From a virus (lineage: Duplodnaviria; Caudoviricetes), in the IMG/VR virus record IMGVR_UViG_3300042338_000270, positions 1 to 34,292 of that record: a stretch of 34,292 nucleotides of DNA. One strand, 5' to 3'. This document shows, in pieces, positions 33,183 through 34,292 of the stretch. Every line of letters begins with the position of its first letter. Position 1 is the stretch's first letter. The translations under genes and the position numbers were made by a program. The notes under the pieces were generated by a model that had not been told where the DNA came from, did not search any database, and saw only the letters and a program-made list of their open reading frames with translations.

Positions 33183-34184
33183 TTAGAAACCTGCGATTAC
33201 GTTCAAGTCACCGTAGCCGTATTGGTAGTCAATCATGGCACTAGCTGGTGAAAATACTTTGTCTTCTTTACGGTCGTAGAATGGCTCGATGCTTTCAAAA
33301 CCGCTTCCATCAATCATGATGTGGTGGTTTGTAGGCAAAGTCAAGATAACACGGTTCGGGTCAGTTACACTTGGAGGCGAACCTGCTGTTCCGTAAAGTG
33401 CCAATCCTCTGTCAACGTAGTTAGCGTTAATCATTGGGATGCCTTGGTAAGAGATGCCGGTCACACCATTTTGAAGCGATGCACGGTCAATCAAGTTGCC
33501 ACCTACTGCTGTGTTGATTTGCAAGAAACGGCTCCATGCTTCGTAAACTTTTTGAGTTACAATGAACGCTTTAGTTCCGTTGTCAAAAGTTTTAAGCAAA
33601 TCGCTTTGCGCTGTGTAGATACCGTAAAGTGTACCTTCGATGTTTGTCAAAGACAAGTCGCTGTCAGTGATTGCACCTGCGTCAACCGTTCCGTCATTAC
33701 CTGCAACACCTGCTAAAAGTTTTTGGTAAACACCATCCATACCGCTAAGGAAGTTAGTAGTAGATGAAGTATCAGCTAAAAACAAAGCGTAAAGCAAGTT
33801 AGTGTTGAAAGCGTTTGATTGCTTAGTTACGATACGGTCAACAATCTCCGGAGTAAGTTCGCCTTTTCTCCATCCGTCTGGAAGGCTATCGCCCCAAATA
33901 GATTTTACGAAGTCGGTGTAGCATTGCTCAAAAGAAAAATCCAACTCATAAGGGTCTAATGCCTTTTTAGTGATTGGCGTTCCTGTTTTGTAATCCCAAC
34001 CGCAAGTTGCTTTGATAGTTGGTGCATCTGTAAATTCAGCATCAAAGTATAATTCTTTGCCGATTTTACCAAAGTGAATTGTGAACGGTAAAGCGTTAAT
34101 CTTTGGGTCGTTCAATAGCGGTTTATAGAATACCTCGTATGGTATCGAACCGTTTGCTGGTAGTGCTGTTACTGCGTTTGCCAT
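33183..34184 (-). CDS. Major capsid protein
   Basis: 333 aa; follows protease/scaffold across the join; MDGVYQKL and DYQYG motifs. Confidence 0.8.
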   Translation of the reverse strand: MANAVTALPANGSIPYEVFYKPLLNDPKINALPFTIHFGKIGKELYFDAEFTDAPTIKATCGWDYKTGTPITKKALDPYELDFSFEQCYTDFVKSIWGDSLPDGWRKGELTPEIVDRIVTKQSNAFNTNLLYALFLADTSSTTNFLSGMDGVYQKLLAGVAGNDGTVDAGAITDSDLSLTNIEGTLYGIYTAQSDLLKTFDNGTKAFIVTQKVYEAWSRFLQINTAVGGNLIDRASLQNGVTGISYQGIPMINANYVDRGLALYGTAGSPPSVTDPNRVILTLPTNHHIMIDGSGFESIEPFYDRKEDKVFSPASAMIDYQYGYGDLNVIAGF

Positions 34185-34195
34185 GTCTTATTTTT

Positions 34196-34292
34196 TTTGT
34201 TTTTAGTTTAAAAATTTATTTGTTTTCCTTTTCGGCTCTACGTTTTGCGATTACTTCCATTGCTGAAAGTTTTGGCGCATCTTGGTTAGTGT
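34196..34292 (+). repeat. Terminal direct repeat, copy 2
   Basis: Identical to 1-97. Confidence 0.97.

Larger units (their letters stand above)
1..34292. mobile_element. Complete circularly permuted dsDNA tailed phage genome (siphovirus-like, probable Bacteroidota host), ~34,195 bp unique
   Basis: Terminal 97-nt direct repeat; terminase, portal, protease, capsid, tape measure, lysis and replication modules present; Bacteroidota-type TAnnTTTG promoters. Confidence 0.93.

Noticed and set aside
34196-34292. 97-bp terminal repeat as a biological DTR
   Set aside because: It cuts through the protease gene's 3' end and is k-mer sized, so it is best explained as circular assembly overlap.
1-34292. 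CRISPR array, tRNA, reverse transcriptase/DGR, alternative genetic code
   Set aside because: No spaced repeats, cloverleaf, RT motifs or TR/VR pair seen; genes are intact under the standard code.

Overview
The window is an apparently complete, circularly permuted ~34.2 kb tailed-phage genome; the first 97 nt repeat exactly at 34196-34292. It is siphovirus-like and very probably infects a Bacteroidota host, judging by TAnnTTTG promoters and A/AC-rich leaders without a Shine-Dalgarno sequence. Almost all genes are on the minus strand. Modules: head (ClpP protease/scaffold, then capsid across the contig join), tail tube, a three-glycosyltransferase cluster, portal/adaptor/fibre, lysis, early and recombination genes (Cro-like HTH, SSB-like, ERF, Gp157), C5 MTase, primase-helicase, HNH, SF2 helicase, VRR-NUC, phosphoesterase, ParB-MTase, terminase, tail chaperone, tail genes and tape measure. 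I saw no integrase or tRNA. Main observations: (1) three in-gene homopolymers of 9-10 nt each mark a -1 frame switch; one creates a hidden, dual-coded GT25 glycosyltransferase fusion and one supplies the TerL N-terminus; (2) two unrelated 5' leaders share a kissing-loop RNA architecture; (3) a glycosylation module sits in the virion operon, with a CBM5/12-like insert in the neck protein; (4) several late transcripts look leaderless, and a candidate TAGGACA operator lies next to an RHH gene. All calls come from reading motifs by eye; no searches were run.
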